Numbered from the stretch's first letter, positions 19,099-29,218 are shown. The stretch is 64,000 nt of DNA from Candidatus Nealsonbacteria bacterium (GCA_016188865.1 JACPGX010000002.1:2398-66397); one strand, 5' to 3'. The notes: generated by a model from the sequence alone, not told the origin. Made by a program: numbers and translations.

Positions 19099-22000
19099 TT
19101 ATAATTTCTTCACCGCAAGACTAAGTTTTTGCCGATCAACATTTATTTCCTTCTCGCCTTTACCCGGCTTAAAATCCTTAGCCTTAATTTCAGATAAAAT
19201 AAACTTTTTATTTTTACCTAAAATTCTATTTAATTCTGACGCACCGGAATACTGGACAAAAATTTTATCTTTTGGCTTAAAGCCGGCTTCCTTTCTCATC
19301 TCATTAATCTGGCGAATAACTTCTCGAATAATTCCCTCTTCTTTAAGCTCTGGGGTAATTTTCGTATCCAATATTAAAATATTGCTGAAAATAATTTTCT
19401 TGACGTTAACTTCTTCTTTTATGAACTCTGATAAACCTTTCTCCATTTTCTCGGGAATCACAAGAGAAGTTAGGGGTTGGCGAACTTTTATGCCAGTCTT
19501 AGCTCTTTCGGCCAAGGCCAAAGCCACAATTTCCCTGACCCTCGTCATTTTCTGATTTAATTTTTTATTAATCAATTTTTTATTAGCCTTGGGCCAATCA
19601 GCCAAGTGGATACTGCGAGAACGCTTCTCGTAATGACGAGAAACGTTCTCGTAAATTTGCTCGGAGAGGAAAGGAATAAAGGGGGCGGTTAATTTTGAAA
19701 CCGTTTGAAGAACCAAGGTCAGAGTGCCGACAGCTTCGTTAAAACGCTTGCGCGACCTTCTGATATACCACAAAGACAGATCGTTAACCACAAAATCTTC
19801 AATAGCTCTGGCCGCTCCTGTTACGTCGTATTTATCAAGATTATAAGTAGTTTCTGCAATTAACTCATTTAATCGGGAAACCACCCACTTATCTAATAAG
19901 TTTTTAGTTTTTAGTTTATAGTTTGTAGTTTTAATATTATAAGTTTTGTAGAAAGTAAAACAATTCCACAAAATCAAAATAAACTTTTTCAAAGCTTGGT
20001 CTATGTCTTTTTCTGTAAAAAGTTTTGAATCGCCGGACTGATTAACTGTGTAAAAATACCACCTAACAGCGTCGGCGCCATATTTTTCAACAATATACCA
20101 AGGGTCAACGACATTGCCCCTTGATTTTGACATTTTCTCTCCTTTCTCGTCTAAAACATGGCCAGTAGAAATTACATTTTTATAGGGCGCGCCTTTTCCC
20201 AAAAGTGTGGAAACCGCCAAAAGTGTATAGAACCAGCCGCGAGTCTGATCGATAGCCTCTGAAATATAATCAGCTGGAAATATGGCTCCGGAAGCGAACG
20301 GCATACTGCCCGAATCAAACCAAACATCGCAAACTTCCGAAACCCTTGCCATTTTTTCTCCGCATTTAGAGCAATAGAATTTAATTTCATCTATATAAGG
20401 CCGATGAAAATCAACCCTCCCCTCTTTATCCAGGGGTAAATTTTTAAAATCCAGCTTGCGCCACTCTCCGGTCTTTATGTCTTTTTTAGCTAATTTTATT
20501 TTCAATAATTTTTCGTCAGACAAACCCTTGACTGCTCCTTCTAAAAGCCACAATGGATCGCAATGGCTGACAATTAAAATAGTTTTATTTTTATGCTTTT
20601 GATCAATATCGCTTATAAAGCTCATCATTCTTTTTCTAACTTCGCCCCAATTTTCCCCGCCTTCGGGCTTTCTCCCGTAAAAACTGTCTACGCTTTTCGG
20701 AAAATCTTTAAAATATTTTTCTTTCTTTTTACCCTGATAAATGCCAAAATTCATATCTCTTAAGCGCATATCAGAAATTATTTCTGCGCCAAGTTCTTCA
20801 TTAACGAGCTGGGCTGTCTGACGGGTTCTGTTCATATCTGAAAAATAAATTATATCTATTTTCTTTATTTTAAGTTCTTTAGCGGCTTTTCTTACATCGC
20901 TCTCCCCACCCTTGCTTAATAATATGGGACTTTTTTCCGGCCAAGGATAAATATAATCTCCATTATTAACCTGATGGTTATTTTGGCCGTGCCGCATAAT
21001 ATAATATTTATTGGCTGAAAATTTTTGACCCAATAAATCATTTTTACCACCGATAACTTCCTTGAGCCCGCAACTCTGACAGCTCCAAATCGGCAAAGGT
21101 GTTCCCCAATATCTCTCTCGGGAAAAAGCCCAATCTTTCAGTTCTTTTAGCCACTCGCCGAATCTCCCGTCTTTTAAATGCGAGGGCACCCAATTGATTT
21201 TTTGGTTGTTGCCGATCAGGTCTTTTTTTACGTCCTGCATTTTTATAAACCAGCTCTCTTTGGCGTAATAAAGAAGCGGCGATTTGCAGCGCCAGCAGAA
21301 AGGATAATCATGCTCGTATAATTCTTCTTTAAAAAGAACTCCCCTCTCCTGCAGGTCTTTAATAATCAACGGGTCCGCATCTTTAACAAACATTTCATTC
21401 CACTCATAATCCGGCGTTATCATTTTGCCTTCTTCATTAACGGTCACTAATACTGGCAAATTATTCTCTTTTCCTACCTTCATATCATCCTCGCCAAAAG
21501 CCGGAGCAATATGCACCAAACCTGTACCGTCTTCCATGGAAACAAAATCGCCGGCAACTACGCGATATTTCGATGTCCGACCTCCCGACAAATCTGACGG
21601 GAGATCGGACATCCCAAATATCCGTTCATATTCTAATCCAATTAAGTCCCTACCCTTAAATTCTCCAACGATTTCTCCAACTATGCCGACTGGCTTCATT
21701 CTATCTTTAGCTAAAATCAGATATTCCTCACCAACTTTTATTTTTACATAAGTAAATTCCGGGTTTACCGCTACCGCAACATTCCCGGGCAAAGTCCAGG
21801 GCGTCGTCGTCCACACGAGCAAAGAAGAGTCCTTGAATTTTAAATTTTTAATCTTAAATCTTACATAAATTGAATTTTCTTCAATTCTTTTGTACCCCTG
21901 CGCCACTTCATGGGAAGACAAACTTGTCCCACACCTCGGACAATACGGCACTACTTTGTAATCTTTGTACAAAAGCCCTTTTTGATAAATTTGTTTTACT

Positions 22001-22467
22001 ATCCACCATAAAGTTTCGATATATTCATTTTCATAGGTGACATAAGGGTGCTCCATATCTAACCAATAGCCAATCCTTTCGGTTAATTTCTCCCAATCTC
22101 GCTTGTATTGCCAAACCGATTCTTTGCATTGCTTATTGAATTCAGCGATACCATATCTTTCAATGTCTTTTTTATTTTTTAAGCCCAGCTTTTTCTCAAC
22201 TTCCAGTTCTACGGGCAAACCATGGGTATCCCAGCCGGCTTTTCTCAAAACCCTAAAACCCTGCATGGTCTTATAGCGGCAAATAATATCTTTGAAGGCG
22301 CGGCTTAAAACATGATGAATACCCGGCTTCCCATTAGCCGTCGGCGGTCCCTCGTAAAACACAAAATCCCGCGCCCTAGCGCGCTGTTTGATGCTTTTCT
22401 CAAAAATCTTCTTTTCTTTCCAGAACTTCAATATCTCTTCTTCTTTCTGGGAAAAATTTAACTCCAT
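19099..22467 (-). CDS. ileS: Isoleucine--tRNA ligase (IleRS2-like) with inserted histidine-phosphatase domain
   Basis: EGPPTANG, GWDTHGLPVE, WTTTPWTLP, DQTRGWF, KMSKS; internal MRHG...SH domain. Confidence 0.92.
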   Translation of the reverse strand: MELNFSQKEEEILKFWKEKKIFEKSIKQRARARDFVFYEGPPTANGKPGIHHVLSRAFKDIICRYKTMQGFRVLRKAGWDTHGLPVELEVEKKLGLKNKKDIERYGIAEFNKQCKESVWQYKRDWEKLTERIGYWLDMEHPYVTYENEYIETLWWIVKQIYQKGLLYKDYKVVPYCPRCGTSLSSHEVAQGYKRIEENSIYVRFKIKNLKFKDSSLLVWTTTPWTLPGNVAVAVNPEFTYVKIKVGEEYLILAKDRMKPVGIVGEIVGEFKGRDLIGLEYERIFGMSDLPSDLSGGRTSKYRVVAGDFVSMEDGTGLVHIAPAFGEDDMKVGKENNLPVLVTVNEEGKMITPDYEWNEMFVKDADPLIIKDLQERGVLFKEELYEHDYPFCWRCKSPLLYYAKESWFIKMQDVKKDLIGNNQKINWVPSHLKDGRFGEWLKELKDWAFSRERYWGTPLPIWSCQSCGLKEVIGGKNDLLGQKFSANKYYIMRHGQNNHQVNNGDYIYPWPEKSPILLSKGGESDVRKAAKELKIKKIDIIYFSDMNRTRQTAQLVNEELGAEIISDMRLRDMNFGIYQGKKKEKYFKDFPKSVDSFYGRKPEGGENWGEVRKRMMSFISDIDQKHKNKTILIVSHCDPLWLLEGAVKGLSDEKLLKIKLAKKDIKTGEWRKLDFKNLPLDKEGRVDFHRPYIDEIKFYCSKCGEKMARVSEVCDVWFDSGSMPFASGAIFPADYISEAIDQTRGWFYTLLAVSTLLGKGAPYKNVISTGHVLDEKGEKMSKSRGNVVDPWYIVEKYGADAVRWYFYTVNQSGDSKLFTEKDIDQALKKFILILWNCFTFYKTYNIKTTNYKLKTKNLLDKWVVSRLNELIAETTYNLDKYDVTGAARAIEDFVVNDLSLWYIRRSRKRFNEAVGTLTLVLQTVSKLTAPFIPFLSEQIYENVSRHYEKRSRSIHLADWPKANKKLINKKLNQKMTRVREIVALALAERAKTGIKVRQPLTSLVIPEKMEKGLSEFIKEEVNVKKIIFSNILILDTKITPELKEEGIIREVIRQINEMRKEAGFKPKDKIFVQYSGASELNRILGKNKKFILSEIKAKDFKPGKGEKEINVDRQKLSLAVKKL
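21572..21613. repeat. Palindromic element, same family, inside ileS
   Basis: GATGTCCGACCTCCCG...CGGGAGATCGGACATC. Confidence 0.8.
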
Positions 22468-22573
22468 AAATCTATTTCCAGAATATCATTTTATCTCATT
22501 TTTATCAAAATAAAACCCTCTGTCGCATCGCAATATGCTTAGCGAGAGAGGGCTTTTTTCTAAGTACCGAAAA

Positions 22574-23068
22574 TTACTTGCGAAGAAAACGGAAGACCAA
22601 TAATCTGTCGGAATCAAAAAAATTGTTAGAAAATATTAAACCGCTACTGAGCCAAAATATCGAAACATCGCGCTCCATGCAGAATATGCCTCGGCGACCA
22701 TACGGATCGTCAGGAATAAGAATCGGTTCCATGGCGATTGGCAACCAGTCGTTTTTAGGCTGGTCTGGATACTGCTCGCGCAGAGCGGGGCCAACTTCGC
22801 TTGGGCATCTTTGAAGGCCATTCTCTAGAGCGCAATTGCAAATGACATCAAAGTGCGCATATCCTTCAAGGCCCAGTTCCCGACTCGTCGCAAGCACCAA
22901 ATCCACCTCTATCGCTTCTTGACTAATCGGAATTTTATCGAAAAACTGATCAGCGTGGTAGTAGCGAATGCGATACTTCCTGCCCCTGAGGACCCTGCGG
23001 TACTCCTCGGATGATTTATGAAGGCCGAGCTTGATTGTTCTCCAAATCTTGAATTTGGAAGTTATCAT
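22574..23068 (-). CDS. Hypothetical protein
   Basis: 164-aa ORF with an AGGAGG RBS. Confidence 0.65.
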   Translation of the reverse strand: MITSKFKIWRTIKLGLHKSSEEYRRVLRGRKYRIRYYHADQFFDKIPISQEAIEVDLVLATSRELGLEGYAHFDVICNCALENGLQRCPSEVGPALREQYPDQPKNDWLPIAMEPILIPDDPYGRRGIFCMERDVSIFWLSSGLIFSNNFFDSDRLLVFRFLRK

Positions 23069-23159
23069 TAACGTTTCCTCCTTTCAAAGAGCAACTTTAA
23101 CTTTAAAATGATAGCATATTCTAATTTTTCTATCAAATTATTTTAGTATAAAAACTAAA

Positions 23160-23195
23160 TACGTATGAATTAAACTATGGTTTTTTTCATACGTA
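23160..23195. repeat. 34-bp palindromic site ACGTA-N8-AC(T)ATGGT-N8-TACGT downstream of PaaX-like gene 1
   Basis: TACGTATGAA...TTCATACGTA arms. Confidence 0.85.
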
Positions 23196-23196
23196 A

Positions 23197-23769
23197 TTAT
23201 ATTTTAAAAATTTCCCTTAGAAAATCATCATTTTCTATATTCTCGGCGGTGATTAAACGAACTTCGCGCTGTCCCAACCCAAAGAACTCCCTCAATAACT
23301 CTACCTCATCTTTGCAGGGATAAGGATTAATCCAAACGCTTTTCTGCAAAGGCAAAAAACCTAATTCCCTTAATTTTCCCCTGAAAGCATTCCGTTGTAG
23401 ATTTTTAAGCTGAATGATATCAAAAATTACTATTCGCCATTTTTTATCCCATTTTTTCGGCTTATTTATATTCAAACTGTCAATTTGAAACCTGCCGGCC
23501 AATTTTCTCCCTTTTTCCGTCAAAGAAATATAAATTTGATGATTTTTATTTATAATTTTAATACATCCTTGCCTTCTAAGATTATAAAAGGTGTCGGAAA
23601 CTTTTTTCGCTTTATACTTGTCTTTATTTTGAAATCCTTTAATAATATTCGTGGCAAAATGGGGAGAGGTAGCAGCGATGCAAACCGCACCGGCAACGGC
23701 CAGCCACTTAAAAACATCTTTGGTGATTTCTGATTTCGGTTTTCTAAAATAATATTTATATTTACTCAT
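23197..23769 (-). CDS. PaaX-like regulator (wHTH plus Cas2/VapD-like domain), copy 1
   Basis: YISLTEKG wing; WRIVIFDI, RNAFR.KL..LGF..LQKSVW. Confidence 0.8.
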   Translation of the reverse strand: MSKYKYYFRKPKSEITKDVFKWLAVAGAVCIAATSPHFATNIIKGFQNKDKYKAKKVSDTFYNLRRQGCIKIINKNHQIYISLTEKGRKLAGRFQIDSLNINKPKKWDKKWRIVIFDIIQLKNLQRNAFRGKLRELGFLPLQKSVWINPYPCKDEVELLREFFGLGQREVRLITAENIENDDFLREIFKI

Positions 23770-23774
23770 AGTCT

Positions 23775-23816
23775 AATAACGTATGAATAATACCATGGTT
23801 TTATTCATACGTTATT
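23775..23816. repeat. 42-bp near-perfect palindrome containing the 34-bp site, upstream of PaaX-like gene 1
   Basis: AATAACGTATGAATAA-TACCATGGTT-TTATTCATACGTTATT. Confidence 0.9.
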
Positions 23817-23901
23817 TTATATTACTATATTAACGGGCTTTAATCAAAAGAAAAAGCTCGGAATTAACCCGAGCTTGATTTTGGCATCATCGCGCGCCTT
23901 T

Positions 23902-25413
23902 CTACATTTTCTCCGGAGCGGAAATACCCATAAGAGAAAGGGTATTCTTTAAAACGATTTGGGTTGCTAACGACAGGGCTAAGCGGGCTTGAGTTAAATT
24001 TTTATCCTCGGAAATCACGTGGCAATCTCTGTAAAATTGATGGAAAACAGTCGCTAACTCCATTGCGTATTGAGGCAACCTTTGAAGCTGGTAATCCTTG
24101 GCAGTATCTTCAATAACTTCCGGCAATTTAATCAGCTGTTTAATTAAATCCAATTCACTTGCATGCGTTAATAATTTCACGTTTTCGGATTTCGGATTTC
24201 GGATTTCGGATTTCGCCAAAATACTGCATATTCTTGCGTGAGCGTATTGAACATAATATACCGGGTTTTTCTCCGACTGCTCTTTTGCCAAATCCAAATC
24301 AAAATTCAAATGGCTGTCATGGCTGCGGGTTAAAAAAAAGAATCGGGCAACATCCAATGAAACTTCTTCGATAAGTTCATCAATAGTTACGAATACTCCA
24401 GTCCTTTTAGACATTTTAACTTCTTTGCCAGCCTCAATTAACCTTACTAACTGATAGACAATCGGAGTAATTTTTTCTTTATCATATCCTAATGCCTGTG
24501 CTGCGGCCTTCAAGCGAGGGACGTAGCCGTGATGCTCTGCCCCTAAAAAAATTACTAACCAATCAAATCCTCTTCCAAATTTATTTTTTAAATAAGCGAT
24601 GTCAGAAAGGAAATAAGTTTCTTCTTCATAGGTCGTTTTCTTTTCCGCCCTAACCAAAACTCGATCTTTATCGTCGCCAAATTCCGTAGATTTAAACCAA
24701 ATAGCTCCATCTTTTTCATAAACAAGGCCTTTTTTCTTTAAAAAACCGGAAACTTGTTTTGCTTCTTTGGGATATAAAGATGTTTCATAAAACCATTTGT
24801 CAAATTTAATTCCCATTATTTTTGCCGTATTTTCTATTTTTTTAACAATATACTTTACTGCTTTATCAATGTCTTTTTCGCCTTTTTTAATCAACTTTTC
24901 GGTATATTCATTTTTATAGCCCTGCTTTCCCTCAAGAGTATCCTGCAGAACCTTAATTTGCCTGCCCCGGTCGTTAACATAGTATTCACGCCAAACCCTG
25001 TATCCGGCTTTATTAAAAACATTGGCTAAAACATCTCCGCAAAAGCCGCCTCGCGCATTGCCAACGTGAAGAGGGCCGGTAGGATTGGCTGAAATAAATT
25101 CCACGTTTACTTTTTTATTTTGGCCAATTTTTAAATTACCGAAATTATTTTTTTGTTTTAAAATTTCTCTGACCTGCTTTTGCAGATACTCTTTGGAAAT
25201 AAAAAAGTTAATGAAGCCGGGGCCGGCTGCTTCAACTTTTTCAAAAAGATTGGATTTCAGTTTGTTGATTATTTCTTTCGGGTCTTTTTTTAATCTAAAG
25301 GCGATGTTGGTTGAATAATCTCCATATTTTTTATCTTCCGGAGTTTCCAGTCTGACATCCTCTTCTCCGGTTGCTTTTTGAACCAATTTTACTATTTCTT
25401 GACGTATCATCAC
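23902..25413 (-). CDS. argS: Arginine--tRNA ligase
   Basis: EFISANPTGPLHVG, KMSKR, NPVYYVQYAHARI, APEKM. Confidence 0.95.
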   Translation of the reverse strand: MMIRQEIVKLVQKATGEEDVRLETPEDKKYGDYSTNIAFRLKKDPKEIINKLKSNLFEKVEAAGPGFINFFISKEYLQKQVREILKQKNNFGNLKIGQNKKVNVEFISANPTGPLHVGNARGGFCGDVLANVFNKAGYRVWREYYVNDRGRQIKVLQDTLEGKQGYKNEYTEKLIKKGEKDIDKAVKYIVKKIENTAKIMGIKFDKWFYETSLYPKEAKQVSGFLKKKGLVYEKDGAIWFKSTEFGDDKDRVLVRAEKKTTYEEETYFLSDIAYLKNKFGRGFDWLVIFLGAEHHGYVPRLKAAAQALGYDKEKITPIVYQLVRLIEAGKEVKMSKRTGVFVTIDELIEEVSLDVARFFFLTRSHDSHLNFDLDLAKEQSEKNPVYYVQYAHARICSILAKSEIRNPKSENVKLLTHASELDLIKQLIKLPEVIEDTAKDYQLQRLPQYAMELATVFHQFYRDCHVISEDKNLTQARLALSLATQIVLKNTLSLMGISAPEKM

Positions 25414-25439
25414 TTAAATTTTATCTCATTATCCACCGT

Positions 25440-25495
25440 TTGACAAATTTCCCATTCTCTGATATCCTACTTTATCTAGCAACTTGAAAATTTAA
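25440..25495 (+). promoter_or_regulatory. Sigma70-type promoter plus conserved leader, copy 1
   Basis: TTGACA-17 bp-TATCCT with extended TG, then TCTAGCAACTTGAAAATTTAA; same layout at 29255-29310. Confidence 0.65.
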
Positions 25496-25521
25496 TCGTA
25501 AGGTAGGGAAGAACGGCAAAA

Positions 25522-25833
25522 GTGGAAAGTATAATTGTCATACTCGTAGTTGCAGTTTCGTTTTTCATCATACCTATAGTCGTATTAATAGCAAACCAAA
25601 CTCATCCTAAGCCCAAGAAACCAAAAATCCTCTATTACAGACGGGAGCCAAATCCTAATGCTAGCTGGGATATTGCAAACCCCTATGACTACATTCCCGT
25701 TTATGAAGAGCAGAACGACAAAAATGTTTTAATCAACCCCTGGGAACCGGTGGATATTCCGAAAGAAAAAAGCGATAAACAAAATCACCCAATCAATCCC
25801 TGGGAAAAGAAAGTTTTGGAGGCAGGAAAATGA
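25522..25833 (+). CDS. Small membrane protein with C-terminal double-NPW tail (A)
   Basis: One N-terminal TM; ends INPWEPVDIPKEK...INPWEKKVLEAGK. Confidence 0.8.
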   Translation: MESIIVILVVAVSFFIIPIVVLIANQTHPKPKKPKILYYRREPNPNASWDIANPYDYIPVYEEQNDKNVLINPWEPVDIPKEKSDKQNHPINPWEKKVLEAGK

Positions 25834-26327
25834 AACAAGATAGTGTTTTAACCGAAATGATTATAAAATTGTTAATAATTCTCTATAAAATATTTATTTT
25901 TTGGCCAATAAGGATTATCATTGCGCTTATTTACTACTTTATTCTTTACCCCTGGTTGGCTGCAATAAATGGTAAAGGCATAGATCCTCCCTTTGAAGCT
26001 TTAGCTTTGGATGATATGGATAGTTGTATATGCGCGCTCGTGGCGGACTTTTTTGTGATGATAACGATGATAATTATGCTGTACCAGAGTGCTCTTTGGG
26101 CGCCATTGGGCTATTTTATCTTCCGATTATTTTCTTATTTAGTTCCGTTGGCTTACTGCAAAGTGAAAGAGGAACAAATTTCTCTCCAGTCGCAACCCAA
26201 ACCTCAAGTGCAGTCTCAACCCAAGGCAACCAACCCCTGGGAGCCGGTGGATATTCCGAAAGAAAAAAATGATAAACAAAATCCCCCGATTAATCCATGG
26301 GAAAAGAAAGTTATAGAAATTAACTAA
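25830..26327 (+). CDS. Membrane protein with C-terminal double-NPW tail (B)
   Basis: Multi-TM; ATGA-coupled to A; ends NPWEPVDIPKEK...INPWEKKVIEIN. Confidence 0.8.
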   Translation: MKQDSVLTEMIIKLLIILYKIFIFWPIRIIIALIYYFILYPWLAAINGKGIDPPFEALALDDMDSCICALVADFFVMITMIIMLYQSALWAPLGYFIFRLFSYLVPLAYCKVKEEQISLQSQPKPQVQSQPKATNPWEPVDIPKEKNDKQNPPINPWEKKVIEIN

Positions 26328-26356
26328 CAAAGAGCCTCAACAAAGAGGCTCCTTAA
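26322..26356 (+). repeat. Hairpin/terminator-like repeat, copy 1
   Basis: AACTAACAAAGAGCCTCAACAAAGAGGCTCCTTAA, near-identical to 26843-26877. Confidence 0.8.
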
Positions 26357-26428
26357 TCAGCTGGACGGATTGAACGAATGGGTGCGGGTGTATATTGTAA
26401 TGTTGTACAAGAAATGAAGGGGGAAAGG

Positions 26429-26848
26429 ATGAATAATTCAGAATTATTGAGGGTAGTCACTGAAAGAACTAGGAGCGGGAAACTTCAGTGGCTTCAAAGG
26501 AAAAATACGTGGTGGTGTGATGTACGGCATGCTGAATTTGAATGTTATGGTTTGTCGCTGATATACTACCCCACATCTACCCCCTCGGATTTATGCCTGC
26601 GCATTGAGAATTACCAAAAATATATTGAATTAAGAGATAGAGGGTTCCGATTTTTTTCAAAACCAATTCATAAATTGTACGATCTGATCCGATATAAAAA
26701 TTTAATCCCGCCACAAACACTAAATCCGCATTCCAAAGATAGGCCTCAAGATCTTAATGTTTGGGAACCGGTCAATATCCCAAAAACTGCCAAAGAAAAA
26801 ATAGAAATCATCAACCCCTGGGAGAAGAAAGTGGCGGAAATCAACTAA
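26429..26848 (+). CDS. Soluble protein with C-terminal NVW/NPW tail (C)
   Basis: Ends NVWEPVNIPK...IINPWEKKVAEIN; ATG 26429 follows a purine-rich RBS. Confidence 0.75.
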   Translation: MNNSELLRVVTERTRSGKLQWLQRKNTWWCDVRHAEFECYGLSLIYYPTSTPSDLCLRIENYQKYIELRDRGFRFFSKPIHKLYDLIRYKNLIPPQTLNPHSKDRPQDLNVWEPVNIPKTAKEKIEIINPWEKKVAEIN

Positions 26849-26877
26849 CAAAGAGCCTCAATAAAGAGGCTCTTTAA
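26843..26877 (+). repeat. Hairpin/terminator-like repeat, copy 2
   Basis: AACTAACAAAGAGCCTCAATAAAGAGGCTCTTTAA. Confidence 0.8.
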
Positions 26878-26911
26878 ATTTTTGACAAAAATCTAAATTG
26901 GTGCTAAGGTA

Positions 26912-28672
26912 ATGCGTCTGAATGATTCAGATATTTTTGAGTACTTTAAAAATAAGGCGGGGAGGGCGAATATGTCTCCTGAAGATGAAAGATTAAGCCA
27001 GGTTATTGATTTCAGGGTCGGCAGAGGGGCTAAGGGAAAATATCCCATTGAAAGAAGGCCCCTTATTCCCGCTCCCTCAACTGATGGAAAAAAGATTTTT
27101 ATTCCAACGCCATTTCCTTTTTCCCAAGAAATGCTTATAGACACCATACGCCACGAAGCTGACCACATTAAAGAAATGGAAGACCTGTCGAGAAAAATCT
27201 CCAATAACCCAGCAACCGACGCCGCCAAGGAATATATTGAGAAATTTTTCTGGCGCAAGGAAGTTGAAGAAAACCCAACTCTAGCTTTTGAGATATTGAA
27301 TATCGTCTGGGATAACAGCATTGACGCTGCGGCCATAAAAGAATTGGCTGGTTCAAAAAGAATTTTTGAAAAAGAAAAACCAGGTATTTTAGCCAAAAGG
27401 CCGTCAACCGCTAGATTTAATGATTTAGATAAATTCCGCGAGCTATTCCTGCAAAAAACTCTGCTTGGCCAAACAAAGGAAGTAGTGCCGGAAAAATGGC
27501 AAACTCTGCTTGAAGAATGCGTTAATTATGCCAAAAATGCCCAAGGAAAAGATATTCCGGCTTACTTGGAGACTACTCAAAGCATATACCAAAAATTCAA
27601 GGAAAACTTTGATATCAAACAAAAACTCCAGAGATTGCCTCCTTTGCATGGCCGAGGAAAACCGGTAGAGGGTTTCCAAATTCCCCAAAATTATCGGGAA
27701 GAAGAAAATTCCAACCAAGGCAACGGCAAAAAAACATCCAAAAAGCCCAAAGAAAAAGAATCAAAAGAAAAAACGAACGAAACGCAAGAGAAAAACAAAC
27801 CACGGGAAAAATCTGAGGGGCGAAAAGAGCCAAAAGATAAGCGGGGAGAACAAAAGGAAACTCCCTGGCTGAATGAAGACAGAGATATTCTCAATCCAGC
27901 TCTTTTGGAACTTGAAGGCCGGGGAAAAGTCGGCGAAATAATCGGCAAACATTCTGGCGAGATTGAAAGAATGATTAAAATCTTCCGCCATTTAAAGCAA
28001 GAGGCCATGCTGCCCAAAAGGAAAAGGGACGGCCAAGAACTTGAGCTTGATGAATACATCCAGTCGGAATTGAAAAAAGAGGCGACCGGCGTTGATTCTC
28101 AAGAACCCATGTTTCTAAACGAAATAAAGAAAAAACCTAATCCAGCCTGGGCAATTTTGCAGGATATTAGCGGTTCAACCTCCGGCATCATCGAAGAACT
28201 GAAAGCCGCTTCAATCATTCTCGGCGAAACCATGAAAAGATCAAATTACCATTTCGGATTATATGCTTTCAACTCTGATGCTTCCGGCAAGGATTACCTG
28301 TATCCATTGAAAGACTTCGAAGAGAAATATTCTTTAGATTCTCTCAAAAAAATCCTTAACCTTCAAAGCGACGGCGGCACCGGCATGGCTGACGCCATTA
28401 AGTATCTTACGGAAAAACTGCTGAAACTACCCGGCTTCCCGCGAGGATTAATCGTAGTAACCGATGGAATGCCCAATAGGTTAGCTCCCGTTGAAAGAGT
28501 AATCAAGGAAGCTGCTTCAAGGGGCGTAATCGTAATTTTTGTCTGCGTTGGACAGCATTTGCCGGAAATAAGCAAAATCGTTAAAGAATATATTTCAATC
28601 AAGAACGAGGAAATTCATAAACTCCCGCAGGAAATGCTGGCAATTTTCAGAAAATACCGGCTGGCGAGGTGA
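26912..28672 (+). CDS. vWA-domain protein with N-terminal HExxH region (NorD/CbbO-like MoxR partner)
   Basis: RHEADH motif, charged linker, MIDAS DISGS...GGT...VTDG. Confidence 0.85.
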   Translation: MRLNDSDIFEYFKNKAGRANMSPEDERLSQVIDFRVGRGAKGKYPIERRPLIPAPSTDGKKIFIPTPFPFSQEMLIDTIRHEADHIKEMEDLSRKISNNPATDAAKEYIEKFFWRKEVEENPTLAFEILNIVWDNSIDAAAIKELAGSKRIFEKEKPGILAKRPSTARFNDLDKFRELFLQKTLLGQTKEVVPEKWQTLLEECVNYAKNAQGKDIPAYLETTQSIYQKFKENFDIKQKLQRLPPLHGRGKPVEGFQIPQNYREEENSNQGNGKKTSKKPKEKESKEKTNETQEKNKPREKSEGRKEPKDKRGEQKETPWLNEDRDILNPALLELEGRGKVGEIIGKHSGEIERMIKIFRHLKQEAMLPKRKRDGQELELDEYIQSELKKEATGVDSQEPMFLNEIKKKPNPAWAILQDISGSTSGIIEELKAASIILGETMKRSNYHFGLYAFNSDASGKDYLYPLKDFEEKYSLDSLKKILNLQSDGGTGMADAIKYLTEKLLKLPGFPRGLIVVTDGMPNRLAPVERVIKEAASRGVIVIFVCVGQHLPEISKIVKEYISIKNEEIHKLPQEMLAIFRKYRLAR

Positions 28673-28675
28673 AAA

Positions 28676-29218
28676 ATGGAGTGGTTAATTAGGAGTTCAA
28701 AAGAAAAAAAAGAGCTGGAGATATTTGCGGTCGGAGGAAAGGACAAAAAGCTGGTTGCCAAAATTCTTGATGACTTTGTTTTGCAAAAACCGGAAGTCTT
28801 GCCCAAAAAAGCGCAAATCCAAAACTTAAATGGAAAAACCCTGGGTTTCATCGAAGCTTTTTATCCGGAAAAAGATGAAATTACAATTCTCTCCAGTCGG
28901 GGAAATTTGATCTCGCAACTCCAAAAAGGCAATAACCATCTGAAGGTTAGAGCAAGATTAAAGATGGGTTTCGTTTCTGGCGCTGTTAAGAAAGAAAAAT
29001 TCGAAATTATACCTTTGGCGCAGGCAGTTTTTAAAGAAAACTTAGGCGCCGGCATCCAGCAAATTTATTCTTTTGGAAAAGAAAAAATTTATTACTTTGA
29101 GAAAGACGATGAGATAGCCATTACCGTGAGAGGCGGAGCAAGATTTTTGAAATTTTTACCTCTTTTGCTTGCCCAAAGGGTTTGGCGGCAAGAGGAGATA
29201 AAAAAACTCTTATCATAA
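28676..29218 (+). CDS. Hypothetical protein resembling the N-terminal domain of the downstream MoxR
   Basis: Beta-rich 180 aa with a C-terminal hydrophobic helix; weak similarity by eye to the MoxR N-terminus. Confidence 0.7.
   Translation: MEWLIRSSKEKKELEIFAVGGKDKKLVAKILDDFVLQKPEVLPKKAQIQNLNGKTLGFIEAFYPEKDEITILSSRGNLISQLQKGNNHLKVRARLKMGFVSGAVKKEKFEIIPLAQAVFKENLGAGIQQIYSFGKEKIYYFEKDDEIAITVRGGARFLKFLPLLLAQRVWRQEEIKKLLS

Noticed and set aside
23160..23816. CRISPR array or cas locus suggested by the Cas2-like fold and 36-bp palindromes
   Set aside because: Only two repeats per locus, separated by a whole gene; no spacers, cas1 or effector genes.
26893..28059. Antisense ORFs over the vWA gene and similar shadow ORFs across the window
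   Set aside because: They lie opposite well-supported genes and show no motifs or RBS.
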